Shown piece by piece: positions 35,029 through 41,680 of a stretch of DNA of 49,600 nucleotides. Source of the DNA: an uncultured Candidatus Saccharibacteria bacterium (GTDB lineage: Bacteria; Patescibacteriota; Minisyncoccia; Phycocordibacterales; Phycocordibacteraceae); NCBI GenBank assembly GCA_964366435.1, contig CAYITJ010000003.1, forward strand, positions 1 through 49,600, read 5' to 3'. The stretch's first letter is position 1, and every line of letters starts with the position of its first letter. The notes under the pieces are model-generated. The model was not told the DNA's origin. It ran no database searches and saw only the letters and a list, made by a program, of their open reading frames with translations. The translations under genes and the position numbers were made by a program.

Positions 35029-35325
35029 TTAACGGTCTTTGGCCTCGTATAAGTGGTAGAGCCACTCGAGGTGATTCATCGGGAGCCGGGCGATTTCAGC
35101 CAGAACCGCGAAATCATTGAACGACTGCATGTCGTCCGAGTCGTCCCCCGTAATCCAGACGAGCAGTTCGTGAAGGGTCATCTTTCCCTTCTCCGAAACG
35201 ACGGTGAGCTGATCGCGTTTCAAGTCACCGACCTCGCTGAAGTAATCGGCGACCGTTATGTCCAGAAGCGGTGCGGTATCCCGCAGAAGCCCGAGGACGC
35301 GTTCTTTCAGACCATCATTGGTCAT
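35029..35325 (-). CDS. Acidic 98-aa protein, ORFan
   Basis: GAGGAG lies 7 nt upstream of the ATG. A candidate promoter is TTGCGA-N17-TTTAGT. The sequence is D/E-rich (WITGDDSDDMQSFNDF). Confidence 0.6.
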   Translation of the reverse strand: MTNDGLKERVLGLLRDTAPLLDITVADYFSEVGDLKRDQLTVVSEKGKMTLHELLVWITGDDSDDMQSFNDFAVLAEIARLPMNHLEWLYHLYEAKDR

Positions 35326-35431
35326 TGCGGATCTCCTCTATAGAATCCATACGTACTAAATCATCATTTATAGTGGCTCGCAATAGTGCGCTCACACACT
35401 GCCGCTTTGGTGTGCATTACCCTTATGCAAA

Positions 35432-35468
35432 AGGCCGCAAGATGAGACAGGTGTCTCTCTTGCGGCCT
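35432..35468 (-). terminator. Strong intrinsic terminator of the mucR-like gene
   Basis: AGGCCGCAAGA pairs with TCTTGCGGCCT, with an inner GAGAC/GTCTC stem (16 bp with one bulge). The minus strand continues with TTTTGCAT. Confidence 0.75.
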
Positions 35469-35486
35469 CCCGAATCGCGGGGATTT

Positions 35487-35927
35487 CTATTCCCCGTGCC
35501 TTCCCGCACGAACCCGCTTGCCGAGCCCGTTCTTCTTGGCGAACTCGGAACGCACCTTCGCGTAGCTGGGAGCGACCATCGGGTAGTCGAACGGAAGCCC
35601 CCACTTCCGACGGTATTCCTCGGGTGTGAGCCCGAAGCGTCGCAGGTAGCGTTTCAGCATCTTGAGTTTGACGCCGTCCTCCAGACAGATGACGTACTCG
35701 TCGGCGATGGACTTGCCGATGGGCACAGCCGGCTTTTGCCGGACCTTGCTAGTCGGCGCATGGTCCGTGCCGAGACCCGCAAGCGTTCTGCCCACGGTTT
35801 GGATCAGGCCAGGAATCTCCTCCTGACTGATGCGGTTGCCCAGCACGTACCGGGAGACGATGTCTCCGGTGCACTGGACAAGGGTAGCGGCGGTAAGGCC
35901 GTCATCGGACAAACTATTTCCAGTCAT
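35487..35927 (-). CDS. mucR: Ros/MucR-family transcriptional regulator lacking three of the four zinc ligands (146 aa)
   Basis: The C-terminal core YVICLEDGVKLKMLKRYLRRFGLTPEEYRRKWGLPFDYPMVAPSYAKVRSEFAKKNGLG matches the Ros/MucR signature (TPEEYRxKWGLPxDYPMVAPxYA). The track start at 35933 is a TTG. The ATG at 35927 has GGGAGA 7 nt upstream. Confidence 0.85.
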   Translation of the reverse strand: MTGNSLSDDGLTAATLVQCTGDIVSRYVLGNRISQEEIPGLIQTVGRTLAGLGTDHAPTSKVRQKPAVPIGKSIADEYVICLEDGVKLKMLKRYLRRFGLTPEEYRRKWGLPFDYPMVAPSYAKVRSEFAKKNGLGKRVRAGRHGE

Positions 35928-36101
35928 GCTCAATTCTCCCTGAGCGCTCTTGTGTACTGGTTATCTTCCCTCTGTGCAAATTAGGGAAGAAGCCGCTCGC
36001 TTTGTACGCGGGAAACAGATGCAAGTCAATCCCCTTTGGTACTGGGCTGCTACTGAAACGAGCAGACTCTACATTTTTACATTCCTGTCTAGCGCTCCGC
36101 A

Positions 36102-36341
36102 CTATCGGTGCGGACACCCCGCAAAGCAGCACGGACGGCGCATGCCTCCACTCAGTTTTGAAATTGTCTTCTCAATCCGAATTCCGCGCGTCTCTGCCTT
36201 CCTTCCTGACGTCACCCAACAAATCCACTCATTGCGTGCCAAGGGCGTTATATCCTTCCACGTTGATGATGCCTTCGGGGAGACATCAATCGCCTTGCGC
36301 AAATCGATAGGCAAGCTGTGTACCGTACCTTTCTTCTTCAT
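36102..36341 (-). CDS. YdeI/OmpD-associated (OmdA-like) small protein (79 aa)
   Basis: LPIDLRKAI...WKDITPLARNEWICWVTSGRKAETRGIRIEKTISKL resembles the YdeI C-terminal domain. TAGAAT lies 6 nt upstream of the ATG. Confidence 0.65.
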   Translation of the reverse strand: MKKKGTVHSLPIDLRKAIDVSPKASSTWKDITPLARNEWICWVTSGRKAETRGIRIEKTISKLSGGMRRPCCFAGCPHR

Positions 36342-36347
36342 ATATCT

Positions 36348-36353
36348 ATTCTA
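36348..36353 (-). promoter_or_regulatory. -10-like TAGAAT, 6 nt upstream of the ATG at 36341
   Basis: The reverse complement of ATTCTA is TAGAAT. Confidence 0.4.
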
Positions 36354-36380
36354 CTCCAACGGCATTTGTTGCAACGAGCG

Positions 36381-36980
36381 CTAGCGCGACTCTCCTTCAA
36401 AATCAGGCTCTACTATTCCCCACTGCATTGAAGCAACGTCTAGCTTTAGGTATGCGCTTTTCCCTACTGACGGTGGAGTCGTCATAGGCTCACCCGCGGC
36501 TCGTTCAGCGTAGTTCACGACAATAACATCCTTGTGGCGAGGATTCTGACTCGGGCCAGTCGACTGCGGCGCAATTCTGTCGCCGAGCAAATATCCGTCA
36601 CTTCCGATATAGCCCTGCTCTGTATTGAGCGCTGCTACAACGTAGTAGAACGTGCCACTACCACCAGTCTCTTGCGTAAGAAGAAATGCCACATCTTCAC
36701 GTCCGTCATGATTCAAATCTGTTTTGTACTCATTCCCAAAATACCGAGTCGTAATTTTGGAAGCAGAGCCTGGCGCAGCCTCAGTCTCGGAAACCCCATG
36801 CGATAAGTGAACGACGGCACCATCTATCTGGTAGTCTGCGTCCTTGTAATCATTTACCGTAGGTGCAGGGGGCAAAGGTGAGGGCGCCTGCTTTTCTGTA
36901 TAGATATAGGTATTGAGTGCGTAGAACAACGCAGCAAGCACTAGAGCGAACAAGGCCACTCTCACAAGAATCATTTTCAT
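36381..36980 (-). CDS. Membrane-anchored or secreted hypothetical protein (199 aa)
   Basis: An N-terminal TM anchor (VALFALVLAALFYAL) is present. TACACT lies 6 nt upstream of the ATG. Confidence 0.75.
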   Translation of the reverse strand: MKMILVRVALFALVLAALFYALNTYIYTEKQAPSPLPPAPTVNDYKDADYQIDGAVVHLSHGVSETEAAPGSASKITTRYFGNEYKTDLNHDGREDVAFLLTQETGGSGTFYYVVAALNTEQGYIGSDGYLLGDRIAPQSTGPSQNPRHKDVIVVNYAERAAGEPMTTPPSVGKSAYLKLDVASMQWGIVEPDFEGESR

Positions 36981-36986
36981 AGCACC

Positions 36987-36992
36987 AGTGTA
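36987..36992 (-). promoter_or_regulatory. -10-like TACACT, 6 nt upstream of the ATG at 36980
   Basis: The reverse complement of AGTGTA is TACACT. Confidence 0.35.
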
Positions 36993-37130
36993 CCCCGTCC
37001 GACTACAATCTTGCCTATTTGTAGGCTATTGAAATGTGCTGTACATGCGCTTTAGTGCAGGTGCTGGAGTCTATTTGCAACTTATGCTACTTTCTGCCTA
37101 GAGACTCAAAAACGTTTCCGGGAGCACGCC

Positions 37131-37385
37131 GTGGGCAAGCAGCGTAATTCAGACATGCTGAAAATCAACGCCCTGGAATCTGAGATGCGAGAGTATGGGC
37201 GCACAAAGAGAACCGGGGTTGCCGACAAAGACTTCGTGATTCACAAGAAAGCGAAGCTTCAACTTATCGCGATGGCGCGAAGGCAAGGAGTGCCTATTGA
37301 AAAGGTGCTCGAGAAGGTGCGGGGAGCCATGAAACAAATGGTCGACAGCAAGCTCTTTACCTGGACTGACCAAACCCTTCACTAG
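37131..37385 (+). CDS. Basic helical 84-aa protein, ORFan (GTG start)
   Basis: GGAG lies 6 nt upstream of the GTG at 37131. The gene has its own terminator. I recognised no family. Confidence 0.5.
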   Translation: MGKQRNSDMLKINALESEMREYGRTKRTGVADKDFVIHKKAKLQLIAMARRQGVPIEKVLEKVRGAMKQMVDSKLFTWTDQTLH

Positions 37386-37411
37386 CCCTGCCGGGCGCGA
37401 GCCCGCCGATG

Positions 37412-37442
37412 GAAAGCCCATTTCGGTGGGCTTTCTGTTTGT
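37412..37442 (+). terminator. Intrinsic terminator
   Basis: GAAAGCCCA, loop TTTCGG, TGGGCTTTC, followed by TGTTTGT. Confidence 0.7.
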
Positions 37443-37464
37443 ATTCTACCGCTAGTAACAGCTG

Positions 37465-37477
37465 GGACGATGTTGGA
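37465..37477 (+). repeat. 13-mer GGACGATGTTGGA, copy 1 (upstream of a TTGACA promoter)
   Basis: Exact match to 38014-38026. It lies 12 nt upstream of the -35 element. Confidence 0.8.
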
Positions 37478-37489
37478 GCCAACTCATTA

Positions 37490-37518
37490 TTGACATAGTT
37501 CACCAGTCGTGCTATATT
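37490..37518 (+). promoter_or_regulatory. Near-consensus sigma70 promoter of the 119-aa gene
   Basis: TTGACA (37490-37495), a 17-nt spacer, then TATATT (37513-37518). GGGAGAAG SD lies 4 nt before the ATG at 37571. Confidence 0.6.
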
Positions 37519-37570
37519 AATAATAGTTGGATTCAAGCCGATTGTCGGCCAAACCCATGGGAGAAGATCC

Positions 37571-37930
37571 ATGCGCACCTTCATTCTCGCTCTGACCGCC
37601 GCTGTTCTGTTCATTGGTGAACCTGCGAATGCACAGCAAGCCCCCACCCGTGTGCGGGACTGCCTCCGCAATTCAGAATTCGGCCTCCCCGCACCGGTCT
37701 CCAGTCGTCCCAACGGGAAGTGGCTGTACATCGCCAGCGTGATGAAGTCCAAGGACGGCACCGAAATGTACGGTTCCGCTGTCAGCTGGAAAGTCGCCGG
37801 TAGTTTGGAGCAAGCCTGTGACGCAGCCATCGCTGAATTTCGGAGCAGTCCGGAGAACAGTGGGTGGACCATCACCGGCGCCCTTGTGCAGCTCGTGCCC
37901 GATTCAGTCGTGCGACTAGCAGTGCACTGA
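37571..37930 (+). CDS. Secreted 119-aa protein with two Cys, ORFan
   Basis: Signal peptide MRTFILALTAAVLFIGEPANA|QQ. I recognised no family. Confidence 0.65.
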   Translation: MRTFILALTAAVLFIGEPANAQQAPTRVRDCLRNSEFGLPAPVSSRPNGKWLYIASVMKSKDGTEMYGSAVSWKVAGSLEQACDAAIAEFRSSPENSGWTITGALVQLVPDSVVRLAVH

Positions 37931-37951
37931 CCGCATCTCCAGGAGTGAAGG

Positions 37952-37989
37952 AACCGCCTTCCGCTTCGATGGGGGTGCGGTTTCTTTTT
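37952..37989 (+). terminator. Intrinsic terminator
   Basis: AACCGCC pairs with GG(T)GCGGTT, followed by TCTTTTTA. Confidence 0.55.
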
Positions 37990-38013
37990 ATGTATATGTT
38001 GGCTGGCAGTCTA

Positions 38014-38026
38014 GGACGATGTTGGA
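38014..38026 (+). repeat. 13-mer GGACGATGTTGGA, copy 2
   Basis: Exact match to 37465-37477. It lies 17 nt upstream of TTGACA at 38044. Confidence 0.8.
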
Positions 38027-38043
38027 ACTTTCACGAGCAGAGG

Positions 38044-38071
38044 TTGACATTAGAACTACAGGTGTTATCCT
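38044..38071 (+). promoter_or_regulatory. Promoter with no ORF downstream
   Basis: TTGACA (38044-38049), a 16-nt spacer, then TATCCT (38066-38071). Confidence 0.4.
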
Positions 38072-38077
38072 GTGTAT

Positions 38078-38143
38078 GTCGTAACGCCTCGGGTCTTTCC
38101 CTTGGCAACCCCTCGTACCGGAAGGTGCGGGGGACTTTCTTTT
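38078..38143 (+). ncRNA. Candidate small RNA of about 65 nt (orphan promoter-to-terminator unit)
   Basis: The predicted TSS lies about 7 nt after the -10 element. The terminator is CCCC-T-CGTACC, loop GGAA, GGTGCG-GGGG (38109-38133), followed by ACTTTCTTTTA. The only ORF inside is ATG-TCG-TAA. Confidence 0.3.
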
Positions 38144-38175
38144 ATATTGCTGACTGTCTGGGGCGGCACTGGAGT

Positions 38176-38547
38176 TTATTTTGTTATAGAAGTGTAGAAA
38201 ACAATCTTGTATCCATCTGGGTCTCTAACAACAAACTCTCTCTTTCCCCACGGCCAATCCTTAGGTTCACTGGAAACAACGATGCCAGCAGTTACTAAGT
38301 TCTGATACTGCTCGTCAACGTTCTCCACCTCAACATACGTAAATATACCTACGCCACGTGGAGCATGCGCATCGTCAATGTTGATATCAGCACTGTCGTC
38401 CTGCATAAAGGCAAGACGGAAATCTCCATAAACAACTCGCACGGTTTTCTCGTCACCTTCAACATTAAACCCAGCAACAGTATAAAAGTTCGCTGTTGCT
38501 GCCAAATCACGAACAAGAAAGAGGCTTGAGTGTAATCGCTTGATCAT
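38176..38547 (-). CDS. Glyoxalase/bleomycin-resistance (VOC) family protein (123 aa)
   Basis: The N-terminus (LFLVRDLAATANFY) and C-terminus (PWGKREFVVRDPDGYKIVF) are typical of the VOC fold. Confidence 0.8.
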   Translation of the reverse strand: MIKRLHSSLFLVRDLAATANFYTVAGFNVEGDEKTVRVVYGDFRLAFMQDDSADINIDDAHAPRGVGIFTYVEVENVDEQYQNLVTAGIVVSSEPKDWPWGKREFVVRDPDGYKIVFYTSITK

Positions 38548-38565
38548 AGATTAAGAATATAAATG

Positions 38566-38636
38566 CTGGGGGAGAAGGAGTCGGACCTTCATTCACGGCT
38601 TCAAAGGCCGCTGTCCTGCCGTTAGACGATCCCCCA
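38566..38636 (-). tRNA. tRNA-Gln (anticodon UUG), 71 nt, no encoded CCA
   Basis: Folded by hand. Acceptor stem TGGGGGA/TCCCCCA. D stem GTCT/GGAC. Anticodon stem GCGGC/GCCGT with loop CTTTGAA. T stem GAAGG/CCTTC with loop TCCGACT. Discriminator G. The layout parallels E. coli tRNA-Gln (U1-A72, G73). Confidence 0.8.
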
Positions 38637-38642
38637 ATTGGG

Positions 38643-39677
38643 TCAATTTTGCCTGGAAACTTCCATCACTGCAAGCTCAAGCGGGAGTGATGGGATAGGA
38701 GAAAAACGAATACGGCTTGCCGCGTCCAAGAACACCCGGAGTGTGTCGTGCGAAAGTTTTGAGCCCTTATCGCTTGCCAGTACTTCTACTTCTCCATACA
38801 CATCACTTCCCGACTCTAGAGCTATCTCTTTGCGAAGCTCTGGCGCGTGGCGCACTAAGAGCACCGCGCGCATGTGCTCAAGCACAAGGGTCAGATACAA
38901 ATTCATATCTACGCCTTGTTTGCTTGCTGCAGAGATGGCCACAAGCGCCGTCTCTGCATTACCTGCCGAAAGCGCTGCAACCAAATCATGTACAAGCGCA
39001 TGACGTGGCGCTCCTGTTGCTTGCTCTACTTCGGAAAGACTGAGCTTCTTATCGGTGGCTGATGCGAGCACCTTCTCCAACACCGAGAGTGCGTCGCGAT
39101 ACGAGCCGTCCGCCAACAGTGCAACCAGGTCTGCGGCAGCTGGCTCGAGTGTGTACCCTTCCTTCTTTGAAACACGGGCAACGACGTCGGAAAGCACTTC
39201 GCGCGTTGGCTTCTTAAATTCAAACACCTGACAACGTGAGCGCACCGTCTCAGGAACCTTCTCAAGTTCCGTAGTGGCAAGTACAAAAATGGCATGCGCA
39301 GGCGGCTCCTCAAGCGTCTTTAGAAACGCATTCCACGCACTCTTCGAGAGCATGTGCGCCTCGTCTAGAATATAGAGCTTGAAGGAAGAGTTGAATGGCA
39401 GCGTGTACACCTGTTCAGTGAGTGCACGAATGTCTTCTACGCTATTGTTTGACGCAGCATCTATTTCGTACACATCGCGCTCGTCTGTCCCAAGCTCACG
39501 CGCAAAGATTCGCGCCACAGATGTCTTTCCGAGTCCCCGACTTCCCGAGAACAAATACGCGTGCCCAATCTTTTTACTTACTAGCTGTTCCTTCAGGGGA
39601 CGGACGATATGGTCCTGTCCTACCAGGTCATCAAAGGTGTGCGGACGGTATGCGCGATACAGCGACTGGTGTGCCAT
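38643..39677 (-). CDS. dnaX: DNA polymerase III gamma/tau subunit, short form (344 aa)
   Basis: HAYLFSGSRGLGKTS Walker A, the DEAH-like LYILDEAHMLS and the sensor SRCQVFEF are present. TATACT lies 8 nt upstream of the ATG. Confidence 0.9.
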   Translation of the reverse strand: MAHQSLYRAYRPHTFDDLVGQDHIVRPLKEQLVSKKIGHAYLFSGSRGLGKTSVARIFARELGTDERDVYEIDAASNNSVEDIRALTEQVYTLPFNSSFKLYILDEAHMLSKSAWNAFLKTLEEPPAHAIFVLATTELEKVPETVRSRCQVFEFKKPTREVLSDVVARVSKKEGYTLEPAAADLVALLADGSYRDALSVLEKVLASATDKKLSLSEVEQATGAPRHALVHDLVAALSAGNAETALVAISAASKQGVDMNLYLTLVLEHMRAVLLVRHAPELRKEIALESGSDVYGEVEVLASDKGSKLSHDTLRVFLDAASRIRFSPIPSLPLELAVMEVSRQN

Positions 39678-39685
39678 TACCGTGC

Positions 39686-39691
39686 AGTATA
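39686..39691 (-). promoter_or_regulatory. -10-like TATACT, 8 nt upstream of the dnaX ATG
   Basis: The reverse complement of AGTATA is TATACT. Confidence 0.45.
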
Positions 39692-39695
39692 CCAG

Positions 39696-40661
39696 CTAGG
39701 CGGCACTCTCCAGAATCTGGAGGAAGGCGTCAAAGTCAGGCGCGCCCATGAGAGCAGCTCGGAGTGGCGCGGCGTCATCAAACCCCACAATGAAGGCTTT
39801 TACGTGTTTCTTTAGAATATGGAACGACTTCTGCGGAGCAAGCGCCTGGTAGCGAACCGCAAGCGAGAGAAGCGCGGTCACCTTTTCCTCTTTGGATACT
39901 TCTTCACGTGTCTTTCCCAGAAAGAGCCACGGATTACCAAATATGGCGCGACCAAGCATGACGCCGTCCGCGCCGCTCGCTGCCACTTTCTCTCGTGCGT
40001 CTGCAACAGTTTCCACGTCGCCATTGCCGAGAATGAATGTCTCGGGACTCACACGGTCACGAATAGCTACTGCGCGCGGCATAAAATCCCAGTGCGCAGG
40101 CACCTTGCTCATCTCCTTGCGCGTGCGCAGGTGTACCGTGAGTGCTGCGGGTTTCTCTTCTAGCACCTGCGTGAGCCACTCGTCCATGTTCTCGCTGTTG
40201 TACCCAATACGAGTCTTTACTGACACTGGTAGCCCGCCCTCCTTCGCTGCACGAATGATTGCGCGTGCCTTCTCTGGATTTCGTATCATCGCTGAGCCAC
40301 AGCCCTGCTTCTCAATAGCCTTGTCGGGACAACCCATGTTGATATCCACTCCGTCAAAGCCAAGCGTAGCGCACAGCTTTGCTGCATACGCCATATTCTC
40401 GGGATTGCTTGAGAAGAGTTGCGCCACAATGGGACGCTCTGCCTCGCTAAACTGTAAATCGCGCAGGAGCGGGTTCTCAGCGTCAGGCATTAGCTTGCGC
40501 TTACGCGTAGCGTAGAGCCCGTCGGCCGAGACAAACTCAGTCCACGTGACGTCCGGCTTCCCTGTTTCTGCTATAAGCGCTCGGTAGGCAGGGTCGGTCA
40601 CGTCCGCCATGGGTGCGAGTACAAAAAATGGCTTGGGAAGGTGATTCCAAAAGGAGTCCAT
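39696..40661 (-). CDS. dus: tRNA-dihydrouridine synthase
   Basis: LAPMADVTD, DINMGCP and the TIM-barrel pattern are present. I chose the ATG at 40661; the track start at 40679 is a GTG and remains possible. Confidence 0.9.
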   Translation of the reverse strand: MDSFWNHLPKPFFVLAPMADVTDPAYRALIAETGKPDVTWTEFVSADGLYATRKRKLMPDAENPLLRDLQFSEAERPIVAQLFSSNPENMAYAAKLCATLGFDGVDINMGCPDKAIEKQGCGSAMIRNPEKARAIIRAAKEGGLPVSVKTRIGYNSENMDEWLTQVLEEKPAALTVHLRTRKEMSKVPAHWDFMPRAVAIRDRVSPETFILGNGDVETVADAREKVAASGADGVMLGRAIFGNPWLFLGKTREEVSKEEKVTALLSLAVRYQALAPQKSFHILKKHVKAFIVGFDDAAPLRAALMGAPDFDAFLQILESAA

Positions 40662-40693
40662 GAGTAATGGGTACCGCACTTGCCAGGTACTGT

Positions 40694-41680
40694 CTAGAGC
40701 GACTCGGGCTCTGGTGTTGCGCTGGCTTCTTTGCGCAAATACACCTTGCTTTCAAAACGGAGATCTACGTATTCAATCGAACCATCATTAAGGGATACTT
40801 GTGGGAACACACTTGCTGCAAGCTGCGCCGCTTCCTTCTCCTTCCCTATCACGTACGTAATGCGTGTTCCTGCTGCCGTATAGAAATCTGCCTCGTCGTC
40901 ACGAATAGCAAGCTCTGCAACATTTGCACCAAGCGCACGGAATGTTTTTGCAAGACGCAGCGAGCTTGGCAGTGCACGAGCGTACCCCACATGAGCTCGC
41001 ACTGGCTCTTGTACACCACCCTCAAGCGGCACATACACCCGTAGTAGAAGAGTTGAGGTGGCGACTGATTGGGCTTCATCGTAGGGCGCAAACACGTAGC
41101 CGTCTGCATCTGCACTGAAGCACATTTGTGAGGGTGCTGCATTTACACTGCCACACCATAGAAATGCACTTGAGCGCAGCACCGGTACTACCTCTATACC
41201 CTGTAGCCCTTCGGACTTAAACGATACTGCCACGATATGCGGGTGCGCTTCTAGAATACGCTTTCTCATTTGAGACTCCGGCAAAAAGAAGATTGAGTTG
41301 CGCGGAACAATTAACGCATGCGTTCCCTGCAAGGAACCCTCTGCAATACTTCGAATGCTCTCTGCATCCGGTCCAGCTACATTCACCTCAGTTATGCGCA
41401 GTGCTGGCAACCACGCGGCATACAGTAAGAACCCAACAATGAGTACACCGAACACTCCAATGCCAATGTAGAAAAAGCGCTTAGCGCGTGCACGGCGTAC
41501 CTTGAGTGGCTCCCCTGAAGTCGGTCGGCGAGTACGCGTCGCAACAATTGGCTGCGGCGAGAGCTTACGCACAGGACGAGACGGACTCGAGCGCTTTGTA
41601 CGCACAGGAGTGCTTACAGGAACGGGAGTGCGCGCAGGCGGCGCGCTACGCACTACGTCCCAAGATTTGTTTGCCGACAT
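40694..41680 (-). CDS. ftsQ: FtsQ-like cell-division protein (basic N-terminus, one TM, POTRA domain)
   Basis: TM helix FFYIGIGVFGVLIVGFLLYAAWL, followed by the POTRA-like LRITEVNVAGP. The track start at 41740 is a TTG. The ATG at 41680 still overlaps the serS 3' end by 35 nt. Confidence 0.75.
   Translation of the reverse strand: MSANKSWDVVRSAPPARTPVPVSTPVRTKRSSPSRPVRKLSPQPIVATRTRRPTSGEPLKVRRARAKRFFYIGIGVFGVLIVGFLLYAAWLPALRITEVNVAGPDAESIRSIAEGSLQGTHALIVPRNSIFFLPESQMRKRILEAHPHIVAVSFKSEGLQGIEVVPVLRSSAFLWCGSVNAAPSQMCFSADADGYVFAPYDEAQSVATSTLLLRVYVPLEGGVQEPVRAHVGYARALPSSLRLAKTFRALGANVAELAIRDDEADFYTAAGTRITYVIGKEKEAAQLAASVFPQVSLNDGSIEYVDLRFESKVYLRKEASATPEPESL

Noticed and set aside
34400-35984. Track ORFs 34400-34915 (-), 34659-34988 (-) and 35271-35984 (+)
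   Set aside because: They are shadow ORFs of the GC-rich island. They run across three strong terminators or antisense to the mucR-like gene, and they lack SDs.
37357-38298. Track ORFs 37357-37875 (-, 172 aa) and 37864-38298 (+, 144 aa)
   Set aside because: The first is antisense to the signal-peptide-bearing 119-aa gene. The second crosses two intrinsic terminators and a promoter. Neither has initiation signals.
34048-38636. The idea that the whole 34.0-38.6 kb accessory stretch is one genomic island integrated at the 3' end of tRNA-Gln
   Set aside because: I found no integrase or recombinase and no copy of the tRNA-Gln 3' end at the distal boundary. Backbone-type (leaderless, lower-GC) genes (the ydeI-like gene, the 199-aa gene and the VOC gene) interrupt the stretch. 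It looks like separate small insertions.
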